Shown here: one piece after another, positions 1 to 15,734 of the stretch
Layout: each line of letters opens with the position of its first letter
Position numbering within the stretch: position 1 is the first letter of the stretch
From: Eledone cirrhosa
Taxonomy: Eukaryota
DNA length: 64,000 bases
Direction of reading: 5' to 3'
NCBI GenBank assembly: GCA_964016885.1
Contig: OZ024750.1
Location: 10,788,001-10,852,000 of the forward strand
The notes under the pieces: model-generated
Seen by the model: only the letters and a program-made list of their open reading frames with translations
Told to the model about the DNA's origin: nothing
Database searches by the model: none
Program-made: the position numbers and the translations under genes

Positions 1-47
1 AGTAAAAAGACTCATCATATAGTCATAATAAAGATTATATATATATA

Positions 48-185
48 AGTATGTAAAAGGTAAACAGAAATAACAACACACTCGGTACAGTATATGGAAA
101 GAATATATTAGTTTAACGCTTGAAATAGCAGGAAGAGTGTCTTAACGTTTCGGACGCTAGTCCTTCACCAGAAGAAAGAATGAGA
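48..185 (-). mobile_element. Penelope-like pseudo-LTR fragment with a minimal hammerhead motif (family H)
   Basis: Minus strand of 140-175 reads TCTT-CTGGTGA-aggactagcgtcc-GAAA-CGTT-AAGA. It starts at a (TA)n run. Related pieces lie at 7852-7907, 17853-17920 and 38262-38333. Confidence 0.6.
140..175 (-). ncRNA. Minimal type I hammerhead ribozyme motif with a mutated core (CUGGUGA)
   Basis: Stem I TCTT/AAGA, stem II GGAC-tagc-GTCC, palindromic stem III ACGT (dimer type). The A6>G change probably inactivates it. Confidence 0.6.
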
Positions 186-510
186 AATTAAATAGATTGA
201 AGGGACGGGCGGGGTGGAATTGGAAGAAAATGTTTTTAGAGAAAAATAACAGGTCCACTCATATGGCGGTGGGGGAGGAGTGTATTTGTAATTGTTTAGC
301 CACAAGACTATTCTGAATATATTGTCTTATTCACAGAAATTCCACCTGTAACCACGAAACCATTCCCTCGTTTTGAAATATTGACGTTTAGGTCCTAAAA
401 CGTCTGATTTGTATCGTTTAGAGAGTATATTTATGCAATCTTGTTGCTATTTCTAGCCTTTCAAGTGACTCCGTAATGGTTCGTTATCATAAGAAATAAT
501 AATAATAATA

Positions 511-685
511 TTGTTTCTACGTTAGGCACAAGGCCAGAAATTACCCAGTGAATTACTGGTACTTTATTTTATCGACTCCTTAAGGATGAAAGGCAAAGTT
601 AACCTCGGCGTGATTTGAACTCAGAATGACAAGGGCCATAACTCTATGCGTCAAAACATGGCGTCCGACCCTCTACCGATACTGC
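511..685 (-). mobile_element. tRNA-derived SINE with Meta-type core (family S1)
   Basis: Minus strand has an A box (GCAGTATCGGTAGA), a B box (GAGTTCAAATC), the core GCCTTTCATCCTT..GTCGATAAAATAAAGTACCAGT, and a tail ending GTAGAAACAA(TAT)n. About 20 related copies occur in the window. Confidence 0.85.
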
Positions 686-897
686 ACTACCTAATAATAA
701 AATTACGTGAAGAAAACTTATTCCACTTGAAAATATAATTAAAGCTTAGAGAAATATCAGCTATAATAATTATATATAAACAAAATTATAGCAACACTTA
801 TGTATTGCATGCAGCATTATACTTATTTTTATTAGCATAAATTACACACTTATTATACATCACATAAAAACATACATACAATCATGCACAAAACCCA

Positions 898-4210
<3,313 letters not shown>

Positions 4211-4354
4211 AATATAATATAGTAATTCTTGTAATTATCTTTTCTCTCATCTCTTACATACATAAGTGATATCCTAAATGTGGTCATTTTTCATATCTGT
4301 AAAGACGTAGTCTATAGATAAACACACATTATATATATATATATATACACACAC

Positions 4355-4422
<68 letters not shown>

Positions 4423-4994
4423 ATCTATTTAATATTTATTTAATATTTATTGCTCACATTTTTACATTTAAAAAAAATATTTACTGATTTAAAGAAAATA
4501 TATTTTTTCGACACTTCAATACATACCATTAATTAGACTTAAATGAAAATTAATAATCCCTCCATTGCCATTTCCTTCCAAAGCCTACACATAATATCTA
4601 TATTTGATTATATGTTTGTAAATATAATTATGAGAACAACTTGAAATTATTCATTACAGAAGTATACTCAGCGTTATGCCGGTCACAATCTGAATTTTAA
4701 AGTCTTTAAAAAATATTTATTGGTTTAAGTTTCAAGGACGACGACATACTGAAGCCACATTGGGCTACCATATCGAGAAACTAATAGTCAATATTTAGTA
4801 GCTATATAATCAATATTTAGTACCTATATAATCAATCTTGTCTCGACGAAACCAAAACTAACCTGAACGTTAAATGCCATAACCACAGGGAAGTTATTTA
4901 TATTTGACCAAACATTACCGATTTCATCGAATCCCTCCTAACACACACACACGCATGCTCTCTCATACAAACAAACACACAAATACACACACAC

Positions 4995-5043
<49 letters not shown>

Positions 5044-5046
<3 letters not shown>

Positions 5047-5210
5047 AGTTTGTACTTATTTATAGTTATTCTTTTACTCTTTTACCTGTTCCAGCCATCC
5101 GGCTGAGACCAGTTATGTATTTATCTAAATTATTTACATTTCTTTCTATTTATTCCACAGGAGATCACTATTTATTCCACAGGAGATCACCATATCTTCA
5201 TTTCGGATTA

Positions 5211-5256
<46 letters not shown>

Positions 5257-5357
5257 AGTTTGTACTTATTTATAGTCATGTATTTATTTAAATTATTTAC
5301 GTTTCTCTCTATTTATTTCGCAGGAGAGCATCATATCTTCATTTTGGATTAAACAAT
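5044..5357 (+). repeat. Diverged tandem duplication separated by (TA)n
   Basis: GGAGTTTGTACTTATTTATAGT...CATATCTTCATTT.GGATTAAAC occurs at about 5044-5213 and 5254-5357. Copy 1 has an internal 22-bp duplication, TATTTATTCCACAGGAGATCAC. Confidence 0.85.
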
Positions 5358-6063
5358 ATATATAATTATAATAATACATATGTCACAGCGGCAACGAAAC
5401 GTTAAACCAGGTCCTGTTGAATGGTAAATAACTGCAAGAAAGAGTCAAAGACTAACGTAACATTAAAGACATCTCACAGCAACTACAGCAACAATAGCAA
5501 CAACAATAACAACAGCAGCAGCAGGAATAAAGAAATAATCAAGGAAGACAACCCCCCAAAATTATCGATTTTTCCACCCCCCTCGCTTCTTATTCCAGCC
5601 CTCCCCCATTATTCCCCCCCACCACCACATCCCTTCTTATTGAGGACCCGAGAGTACTTGCTTGGTATATCCTGAGTGTTACAGAACCATGAATAATAAA
5701 CATTGAGTGCAGTATGTCATCAATAGCAACAGAACTTGTCAGTTGAATTCATTTGTTGTAATGGCAACATGTCACTTGTGTCACCTTGTATAACTGGTAC
5801 TATTGTCTACGTCAACAACAGTAACGAGCGCAATTGTCATCGACACCAACAATATGAAAAACAAAAACAAATTTAAATGACATCAGTAGTCTGGTAAGAA
5901 AAAAGAAATCATTTTGGCCTTTAAGTTGATGAACGATGTAATATTTAGTTACAGGTGTTCATATAGGATCAAAGAAAACCATATAGCTGCATATTACTCC
6001 TGGAATTATTCTTCAAATCAGCTAATTAATCAACTAATGACTTAGTTTACAAATCAGAGAAAT

Positions 6064-7350
6064 ATGTCTTTCCCGTCTTCTATATCTGTTGATAAGTCAA
6101 GTCTGCTAGTTCCCTCCACTTCTCAGATTTGTGCGACAACAACGACACCAGAATATGTGTCTATGTTAACATCCGACATTGATTCTATTAGTGACGGTGC
6201 AGCAACAGGGGCCCCCACCACCTCAACAACAACAACAACAACACCAGAAGCTGCAGCTGCTATTGCTGCAGCAGCATCGTATGAAAATATGTTCAGTTCA
6301 ATATTTCTTAGTAGCACTATATCGGGACCTATTCCATGTTCGAACCTATCTCTCAAGATCGATGAGGGTGGGAATTTGAACCCTGATCCGAAATCTCCTC
6401 AGAGCTCTATATTTCAAGGACAAAATATTTACAAGGGAGTTCCAGATACAAGGCCGTTTGGTGTAATCAGAAATACAACTACAGATTTAAAATCGCCAGT
6501 AGATATAAATGCTGGTATATCACAATCAACTTGGCTCCAGTTACATAAGTCCTCTCAAAATTGGTACAGTGCGGCAGATCCTAACACGTGTACCAGGGGG
6601 AATAGTTTCTACGTAACACCAAATAACTATGCAAGTCAGTTATCCTGTCATCAACAAACAAGACATTATCAGAACTTAGATTCATTGATTAATGCTATTC
6701 CAGATATCTACTTTTCATCGAGTCACCAAATCGGTCATCAATTTTTCTCGGGGTATTGTCGTTCTACGGCTATGATGCATATGTCCAATCAATTCTCATA
6801 CCCCGTCTCCCTTAGTCCGTACTTAAACGGAAAACACAAATCCGAAGCTGCTACAATGTATTCACACCGTCGTCAGTTAGCAAGCAGATCTATTTGTGAA
6901 TGTCCCAATTGTCAAGAATATAGCAAACATGGAATTTCTACAGAACATATAAACAAACAACTCATTCACAATTGTCATGTTCCAGGATGTGGAAAAGTTT
7001 ACAATAAATCTTCACATTTGAAGGCTCATCTTCGTTGGCATACGGGTGAACGTCCGTTCATTTGCAATTGGCTGTTTTGTGGTAAGAGATTCTCAAGATC
7101 TGATGAACTACAACGCCATTTTCGTAGCCATACTGGTGAAAAAAGATTTACATGTCCAATGTGCAACAGGAAATTTACACGGAGTGATCACCTTAGTAAG
7201 CATATAAAGATGCACACTTCAAGATTAAATATTGGTGACCAACGAGGTGAAGTAAGCGGAGGAGACTCTGGTAGTGAATCAGATGGAGGAATGCAGGAAA
7301 CACAAGTCGATACCGACTGTCCACAATCTGCTACAATGTGTAAGAATTAA
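6064..7350 (+). CDS. Sp6-9: Sp-family (Sp6-9-like) C2H2 zinc-finger transcription factor
   Basis: 428-aa ORF with a buttonhead box CECPNCQE (6895-6918) and three Sp-type fingers [81 protein letters not shown] (6973-7215). Family assignment is secure. Subgroup is inferred from CxCPNCQE and CGKRF, unlike Sp5 RCRCPNC and CGKSF. An upstream exon cannot be excluded. Confidence 0.93.
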   Translation: MSFPSSISVDKSSLLVPSTSQICATTTTPEYVSMLTSDIDSISDGAATGAPTTSTTTTTTPEAAAAIAAAASYENMFSSIFLSSTISGPIPCSNLSLKIDEGGNLNPDPKSPQSSIFQGQNIYKGVPDTRPFGVIRNTTTDLKSPVDINAGISQSTWLQLHKSSQNWYSAADPNTCTRGNSFYVTPNNYASQLSCHQQTRHYQNLDSLINAIPDIYFSSSHQIGHQFFSGYCRSTAMMHMSNQFSYPVSLSPYLNGKHKSEAATMYSHRRQLASRSICECPNCQEYSKHGISTEHINKQLIHNCHVPGCGKVYNKSSHLKAHLRWHTGERPFICNWLFCGKRFSRSDELQRHFRSHTGEKRFTCPMCNRKFTRSDHLSKHIKMHTSRLNIGDQRGEVSGGDSGSESDGGMQETQVDTDCPQSATMCKN

Positions 7351-7588
7351 GTATAACAAGGTCAATATTGATTACTTCAAAAGAAGTTCTGAAAAAAGTA
7401 AGCATAAACTTTGTTTGAACGCATATCAAAGAAATACTTTAACACTTATTTAATACTACCCGATACTAAAGGTAAATTTAATTGTAAATACTTTAAGGTA
7501 TTTCGCAGATATGACAAATATTTTTCCTTTATATCAATGAATGTAAACATCACTGCTTTTTAATTGATAAATTTATACATAATTTTGA

Positions 7589-7594
7589 AATAAA
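7589..7594 (+). promoter_or_regulatory. Candidate polyadenylation signal of the Sp gene
   Basis: AATAAA about 240 nt after the stop codon, followed by a G/T-rich stretch (GGTATATGTATTGAGTG). Confidence 0.4.
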
Positions 7595-7851
7595 ACTTTT
7601 ATAATCTATAGGTATATGTATTGAGTGAATTAATACTTACGCCATCACATACGTCAGTTATACACAAACAAACACATATACAACCAGACAACCACATAAC
7701 CCTACCTGTTTTGTTGCGTGCCAATGTGATCATGAGTGTATAGTATCAACTTTAATTAACCGAAACTGTAGTGATTTTCAGACGTTGTCTGCGGAGATGT
7801 GACAGTCCCTTTCCTTTTTCTCATTATTATTTTTTTTACGACACAGCACAT

Positions 7852-7905
7852 GGAATATATTAGTTTAACGCTTGAAATAGTAGGAAGAGAGTCTTAACGT
7901 TTCGG

Positions 7906-7907
<2 letters not shown>
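7852..7907 (-). mobile_element. Truncated family H pseudo-LTR fragment abutting (CA)n
   Basis: GAATATATTAGTTTAACGCTTGAAATAG.AGGAAGAG.GTCTTAACGTTTCGG is nearly identical to 101-153 and is cut inside hammerhead stem II. Confidence 0.7.
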
Positions 7908-7976
<69 letters not shown>

Positions 7977-8428
7977 GACATACACACAAACACACATACA
8001 TATATATTTTGTAACAATTTTCACATATTTTTCTGTTCATTTGCTTTTGTAATATTTTTTTTTCAAATTGTAAAGAGACTTTATGGACACCCTGTGTATC
8101 TTGAACTGCCAATTCCTAGATAAAGATAGATCTATTCTTATAAATATGTACATTCATAAGCACTTTCCATTGTGTAGAGTCCTATGTCTATAAACGCTTT
8201 CAAAAATTGGAAATTTTTTCGATGCTAAATGAAACGGGTTTTAAATGGTAGCGCATGTCCCACATTTAAGCTATGAAAGATGAAAGCTACGGAATTATGT
8301 TACTGTATATTGCTATATCTCTCCACTGAATGAATCCCAGTTAATTACTAGACTAAATATATGGTGTAAGTCGAGTAATTGCTCTATTATGTGACGACAG
8401 TGGTCGTTAGCACCATGATGCAATTGCG

Positions 8429-8429
<1 letters not shown>

Positions 8430-8497
<68 letters not shown>

Positions 8498-8623
8498 GCA
8501 TATATATTTATATATATATATATATACATGCATATATATATTTATACACATACATATGTATATATATATATATACATATGGATATATATATATACACATA
8601 CATATGTATATATATATATATAC

Positions 8624-8654
<31 letters not shown>

Positions 8655-8741
8655 CATATGTATATATATATACATGCATATATATTTATATACATACACA
8701 TATGTATATATATATACATGCATATATATTTATATACATAC

Positions 8742-8778
<37 letters not shown>

Positions 8779-9183
8779 CATATGGGTATGTATATATATA
8801 TACATATATATTTATATACATACATATATATTTATATACATACATATGGATATATATATATATACATATACATACATATGTATATGTATATATATACATA
8901 CATATGTATATGTATGTATATATATATATATACATATATACACACACATGTGTATGTATATATATATATACACATATGTGTATATATATACACATATGTA
9001 TATACATATATATATATACGCATATGTGTATATATATACACGTATGTATATACATATATATATATACGCATATGTGTATATATATACACATATGTATATA
9101 CATATATATACACATATGTATATATATATATATACACACATGTATATATACACATGTGTATATATATATATATATATACATAT

Positions 9184-9226
<43 letters not shown>

Positions 9227-9688
9227 TATATATACACATATGTATATATATATGTATATATATATATACACATATATATATACACATATGTATATATATA
9301 TATATATATATATGCTACACATTGCTGTTTTAGGTGCGATAATTGATAAATTATCTGAATCCAATAAAATTGGAAAATCTCTAACTTCCCTCACTGAAGA
9401 GCTTCACTGATTGGATAAAATAAGACATGAAAGAAGCCGATGCACACACACACACGTACACACACACACACATATATATATATATATGTATGTATATATG
9501 TATATATATATATATGTGTGTATGTATATATGTATGTATGTATTTATATATATATGTATTTATATATATATATATACACACATATATACATATACATATA
9601 TATATATACACATATATATATACATACATATATATACATATACATATATACATACATATATACATAAATATATATACATATATATACA

Positions 9689-9721
<33 letters not shown>

Positions 9722-10122
9722 ATATATACATATATACATAAATATATATACATATATATACATACATATATATATACATACATACATAAATATATATACA
9801 TAAATATACATACATATATATATACATACACATATATATATATACATACATATATATATACATATATATATATATATAATACATATATATATACATACAC
9901 ACATATATATATATATACATATACATACATGCATACACACACATATATATATATACATATACATACATGCATGCATACATATATATATATATATACATAC
10001 ATGCATACATATATATATACATATACCTATATATATACACATATACATATATATATACATATACATATATATACATATACATATAAATATACATATATAT
10101 ATAAATATACATATATATATAA

Positions 10123-10165
<43 letters not shown>

Positions 10166-10240
10166 TACATATACATATATATACATATACATATATAAAC
10201 ATACATATACAACATACATACACACATATATATATATATA
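8430..10240. repeat. Two compound (TA)n/(TACA)n arrays (about 8430-9312 and 9443-10240)
   Basis: Low-complexity dinucleotide sequence. Confidence 0.95.
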
Positions 10241-10360
10241 TTCTTAATTTTATTATTATTATTTAAATGTTTTTTGTTTGTTGTTATGGCGTATATCGCG
10301 TGTTAATACATTAGCTTATTTATCGTAATTCAATAATTTCTTCAATTATTCTTCTGTAAA

Positions 10361-10435
10361 TTTTCTCTAGTAATAAATCTAACATTTTCTCTAGTAATAA
10401 ATCTAACATTTTCTCTAGTAATAAATCTAACATTT
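10361..10435. repeat. 24-bp tandem repeat, about 3 copies
   Basis: Unit AACATTTTCTCTAGTAATAAATCT. Confidence 0.9.
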
Positions 10436-10792
10436 AAATGTTTTTAAAAGAGAATTGTAAAAGAAAAAAATTGAGGTGGTCGGTTGATTTCTGATGGCTA
10501 TTGTGACTGCCGAAATCGTTACGGTTTTTATTCAGTTCTAGGATTTCTAAGATCGTTAAACTGGATGTCAGTAGGAAATACCTACAAGATCGAGAGTTTC
10601 TAAAAGTAAAAAAAATGTACGAGACTTCTTCTACCTCAATCGACCCCAACTATACTTTTTTACGGAACCACTATACGTTTCTTTAAAATTTACATATCTT
10701 AGACCAATCCTCACCTCCCTAAGTTCAATAAGAATGTAAATGGAACAGATATTCTTATAGACAATCTATTCTTGTAATCAAAGGTCTTGTTT

Positions 10793-11123
10793 CAGGAGGG
10801 TACCAGGGGACAAGTCCCTCCCCCCCACACACTTTTCCAGAAACGGGGCGCAAACCATCTTTTGTCCCCCCCCCCCCTACTTTTTCCCAATTTATTCAAA
10901 CGTCTATGTTTTATTTTTTGTTTATTTGATATAATAAATTCTTTTTAAGCGTATTTTTTTAATATCTGAACTTCATTTGAATATATAAAATTTAATTAGC
11001 GTAAAATTTTACTTTTGTGATAGGGTCCGGGAAAGGTACTATAAGCAATACTAACATACTCTTTTAAGAATCAACAAATGTTGGTTTGTCCCCCCCACAT
11101 TTTTAAAGCAAACGAGGCCCCTG
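10793..11123. mobile_element. Possible degraded GC-ended MITE
   Basis: Begins CAGGAGGGTACCAGGGG and ends GAGGCCCCTG, with internal GTCCCCCCC motifs. No clear TSD. Confidence 0.3.
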
Positions 11124-11339
11124 CGTGTAATTAACAATTAATTTTCTATTAAACTTTATTAAAAGATACCTTATCTCTTACAAGATTTTTAACGGAATCC
11201 ACTTTGTGAAAAAATGTTGTATTCGACGTGTTCCGTATACGATTTACTCAACTCTATACAATCATTACAACGTTGAACTGAACTGGTAAACCGTTACAAC
11301 CTATACAACTGGTACTGTTTTATATATTCTGTGTCCACA

Positions 11340-11480
11340 GGAGGAGGAGGGGGAGGAGGAGCATTAGAAGAAGAAGAAGAAGAAGAAGAAGAAGAAGAAG
11401 AAGAAGAAGAAGAAGAATGCGATGTTGATGACTATAAAGAAAGAAAGAAAGAAAGAAAGAAAGACAGAAAGAAAGAAGTG
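11340..11480. repeat. (GGA)n/(GAA)n/(GAAA)n microsatellite
   Basis: Directly visible. Confidence 0.9.
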
Positions 11481-11899
11481 AAATCCTTTGTTGTATGTCT
11501 AAATGCATTGTGATAGTTTAGTTATTGTTAAAATGTCGACTTTCGTTACATACTCTCGTCAGAGAGTCCAGTAAAAATGGGTGGAGTTGAAGAAATCTTT
11601 TGTTGGTGACTGGATATTAATGGCTCACCTTTTTTTCTCTCCATTGTTTTCTAAAATAATGTTTAAATTCTTAGGACGAATAATTTCATTGAATGTTAAA
11701 TACAGGAAACCATTGAGAATATAATGATTAAGCAATAATGTGTGCAAGAAAATAGTGAAACAGTTTGAGACATAATGCAATATAATCGATAAAGGAACGT
11801 GACTAGAAGAGTAGTGTATACCAACTGACTGAAATATAAAAATATATTGCTGAGATATTGGCTCTTATTCACATGTGACAGCATGTCAGCGCCACCAAC

Positions 11900-12405
<506 letters not shown>

Positions 12406-12453
12406 ACGTCATAGAGTGATTAATCAAAATAGTATTTGGAAGATTTCCATAAA

Positions 12454-12880
12454 GAAGTTTTATGACATAATATCTTCTATTGTTTTGCAGTCTAGAACAT
12501 TGCAAGAACTAATTACTTTATTTATCTAAATAGGTAGGAAATATGAATCTTTTTCTTTACCAAAATAATACTTCCGCTTAAAAATTACTTCCCTAACCTA
12601 TTATTATAACTTCCCTAAAATATTATTATAACTAAGCCTAACCTTTCATGCTCAGGGTTTTCCTGGACAGATTTTACGGGCAAAACCAACCGGCAGGAGA
12701 CACAGAGATAGACCCCGAGTAAGATGGTTGGATAACATCCATGAGCTTGGCTGGTCTCGCTTGGAGATCCAGCCGGATCAATTGGAGACGGTTGTTTCTG
12801 ACAGGACCCACTGGAAGGAGTGTTTGAGGACTCTATCCCCACAGGACCTCCCACTCAGGAAGAAGTGGGTGAAGAAGAAG
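12454..12880 (+). mobile_element. Chimeric repeat: AT-rich segment with CCTAA motifs fused to an RTE-clade LINE 3' end
   Basis: About 12668-12880 translates QILRAKPTGRRHRDRPRVRWLDNIHELG...DRTHWKECL, the RTE C-terminal GxRxRGRPxxRW motif, and ends in (GAA)n. A second copy is inverted at 35261-35673. Confidence 0.8.
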
Positions 12881-12968
12881 AGACGTCTTATAACAGCTTA
12901 ATCTTAACTTAAACGGCCTCAAACCTACCGCATTATTTGAAGACTACGATAACTGCCCTTTCCTCTAA

Positions 12969-13011
<43 letters not shown>

Positions 13012-13122
13012 GCTTCTGGCTGGGAATGTTGTATTACAATTAACCCTATGCGTGTGCTCCAAATTAATTTGTTGAGCAGATTGTAAACAATGCGATCGAA
13101 ATCACTGGATATCGATCTAAAC

Positions 13123-13150
<28 letters not shown>

Positions 13151-13159
<9 letters not shown>

Positions 13160-13707
13160 TAAAAAAATAATGAATAAAACAATGAAACAGTTCCTTATAT
13201 TAAACAAAAAAAGTTCATTATTTAACGATCGTTTCTAGGATATATATGTGTTAGAATTGGCATGCATATTCAACAGATCTATGTACAAAATTATACAAAA
13301 TTATACAAACTATCAAAATTAAATATACATACCAAACACATATATATGCCGTCTTCAGAAATATTTCTGAAGACGGCATATATATGTGTTTGGTATGTAT
13401 ATTTAATTTTGATAGTTTGTATAATTTTGTATAATTTTGTACATAGATCTGTTGAATATGCATGCCAATTCTAACACATATATATCCTAGAAACGATCGT
13501 TAAATAATGAACTTTTTTTGTTTAATATAAGGAACTGTTTCATTGTTTTATTCATTATTTTTTTAATATTTTATCTTGACTCTGTATTCCGTTTATCTTT
13601 CACCGAAAGTGATTTTTCATTGCATCTCTTCTTTCCATGATATCCGGATTACATTGAGTTCTTCATACGGATTGGATACTACCGTAAACTCTTGGTAGAT
13701 TTATCTA
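13151..13707 (+). mobile_element. Fold-back element A: perfect 424-bp palindrome (13151-13574) plus a 133-bp tail, between (TA)n tracts
   Basis: Axis between 13362 and 13363, no spacer. Identical 70-aa ORFs on both strands confirm the symmetry. Each arm holds a hammerhead motif. Confidence 0.9.
13362..13506 (+). ncRNA. Type I hammerhead motif with a long stem II insert (mirror copy at 13219-13363, - strand)
   Basis: TATTT-CTGAAGA(13367-13373)-cggcATATATATGTGTT...AACACATATATATccta-GAAA(13490-13493)-CGATCG-TT-AAATA. Stem I TATTT/AAATA, palindromic stem III ACGATCGT, predicted GUU cleavage site. Confidence 0.65.
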
Positions 13708-13727
13708 CATATATATATATATATATA

Positions 13728-13800
13728 TGTGAATGTATATATAGCATATTTGGCAATATACGGTATGCTTAATTAAAAACAGTTTGAATACCTTGCGCTG
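13728..13800 (-). mobile_element. Fragment of fold-back family E (tail end)
   Basis: Matches the reverse complement of about 62975-63046 (TTTGGCAATATAC.GTATG.TTAATTAAAAACA.TTTGAA) and starts at (TA)n. Confidence 0.75.
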
Positions 13801-13805
13801 TTCTA

Positions 13806-13893
13806 TTTCATCCTTACGGGGGTTGCTAAAATAATGTACCAGTAATACACTGAGATAATTGCTGGCCTTGTGCCAAAAGTAGAAACAATTATT
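13806..13893 (+). mobile_element. SINE S1, 3' half
   Basis: TCATCCTTACGGGG...GTACCAGTAATACACTG..TTGCTGGCCTTGTGCCAAAAGTAGAAACAATTATT. Confidence 0.8.
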
Positions 13894-14004
13894 ACTGGTG
13901 GCCATTTTATCGACTAAATTAAGGCGGAGCTCCATCATGGCCGCAGCCGCAGTCTAATGAACGGATCCAATACAAAAAAAATTGAATAACAAAGTACCCA
14001 AACG

Positions 14005-14080
<76 letters not shown>

Positions 14081-14309
14081 GCCAAATAGAAGTACACTTA
14101 AAAGGTATAGAGGCGTCAGTAGTGGAACCTTACTAATAAGGTTTGTATTGTCCAGCTAATACATACAGCCTGTTGGTGAGTGAAAGGTTTCTCTGCTAAA
14201 TGTTATGGTAAAAGACACACAAGAAGAATAAGGCGACATGTTGAGTGTTGGATATTTCGGACACAAAAAGACGAACGTGATTAGATATGAGCAGCTTGAC
14301 ACTTAGATA

Positions 14310-15450
14310 TGTATTGTTGTTGTTGTTGTCGTTGTTGGTGGTAGTGTCGTCGTTGTTGTTGTTATTGTTGGTGGTGGTGTCGTCGTCGTTGTTGTTGTTA
14401 TTGTTGGTGGTGGTGGTGCTGCTGTCGGTGTTGTTGCTGTCAGTGTTGGTGGTGGTAGCGATGGTGGTATTTGTGGTGGTGGTGGTGGTGGTGATGATGG
14501 TGGTGGTGGTGGTGATGATGGTGGTGGTAGTGGTGGTGGTGGTGGTGGTGGTAGTGGTGGTGGTGGGTCAGTGTGTAGAGTATTTTAGAGAAAGTTTCTA
14601 TTTTCTTTCTCTTCCATTGTATTCTCTCTCTCTCTCTCTATTATATTCTCTCTCTCTCTCTCTCTATTATATTCTCTCTCTCTCTCTATTATATTCTCTC
14701 TCTCTCTCTATTATTCTCTCTCTCTCTCTATTATTCTCTCTCTCGCTCTATTATATTCTCTCTCTCTCTCTATTATTCTCTCTCTCTCTCTATTATTCTC
14801 TCTCTTTCTATTGTATTCACCCCTCACCTTCCTTTTTAGATGTTTTTCTTTAAACCTTTTCTATTTCTTTCTCAATCACTCCTCTTCCCTTTCTCCTACT
14901 TCCTCTCCGTTTCTTTCTCTTTCCCTCTACCTCGCTTCAACACTCACTCTTTCTATTTCCCCCCTTATCCCCCTCAACACTCACTCTTTCTCCCCTCCCC
15001 TCACTCCCCTCACACTCCTTTCTCTTCCCACCCTCGCTTCCATCAACACTCTTTCTCTCTCTTTCCCCCCTACCTCCCCCCAACACTCTTTCTCTCTCTT
15101 TCCCCCCTATCCCCCAATACTCTTTCTCTCTCTTTCCCCCTACCTCCCCCCAACACTTTCTCTCTCTTTCCCCCTACCTCACCTCAACACTTTCTCTCTC
15201 TTTCCCCCCTATCCCCCCTCAACACTTTCTCTCTCTTTCCCCCCTACCTCCCCCCAACACTCTTTCTCTCTCTTTTCCCCCCTACCTCCCCCCAACACTC
15301 TTTCTCTCTCTTTTCCCCCTACCTCCCCTCAACTCTTTCTCTCTCTCCCCCTACCTCCCCCCAACACTCTTTCTCTCTTTTTCCCCCTACCTCCCCTCAA
15401 CACTCTTTCCTTCTCTTTCCCCCCCTCGCTCCCCTCACACTCCCCCTCTC
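14310..15450. repeat. (GTT/GGT)n, (CT)n and about 39-bp CT-rich minisatellite block
   Basis: Units such as CAACACTCTTTCTCTCTCTTTCCCCCCTACCTCCCC recur at about 15040-15420. Confidence 0.9.
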
Positions 15451-15516
15451 TCTCTGTACTTTCCCTTTTACCAATGTAAAGCATAGAATTGCACATTGCA
15501 GGGTGCCCGAGTTTTC

Positions 15517-15620
15517 GGTGAGATAAGAGAGGGTAATGTGTTACAATAGACAAGCTGGGGACCCCCTAGGTGAGATAAGAGAGGGTAATGTGTTACAATA
15601 GACAGGCTGGGGACCCCCTA
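15517..15620. repeat. About 52-bp tandem duplication
   Basis: GGTGAGATAAGAGAGGGTAATGTGTTACAATAGACA.GCTGGGGACCCCCTA twice. Confidence 0.9.
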
Positions 15621-15734
15621 CTACTTACCATTAATGTGTCAGGTGTGGTTCTCCATCAGGCAAGTCTGCTTGGACATCCTGTCATATTGAAGTCCATCTG
15701 TCGGGACCTACTATGACACGATTACCATCATTGC

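Noticed and set aside
5573-5630. CACCC/C-rich boxes upstream of the Sp ORF as autoregulatory sites
   Set aside because: C-rich low-complexity runs are common throughout the window, and there is no TSS evidence.
8060-8096. Tc1/mariner-like TIR ends (CAGGGTGTCCATAAAG here; similar at about 19872 and 20510)
   Set aside because: Solo short matches without a partner TIR or transposase, too weak to delimit an element.
13251-13474. Identical 70-aa ORFs on both strands
   Set aside because: A direct consequence of the DNA palindrome, with no recognisable domain.
14811-15526. Pro/Ser/Leu-rich ORFs (also at 35830-36259 and 57022-57720)
   Set aside because: Translations of CT/GA-rich minisatellites.
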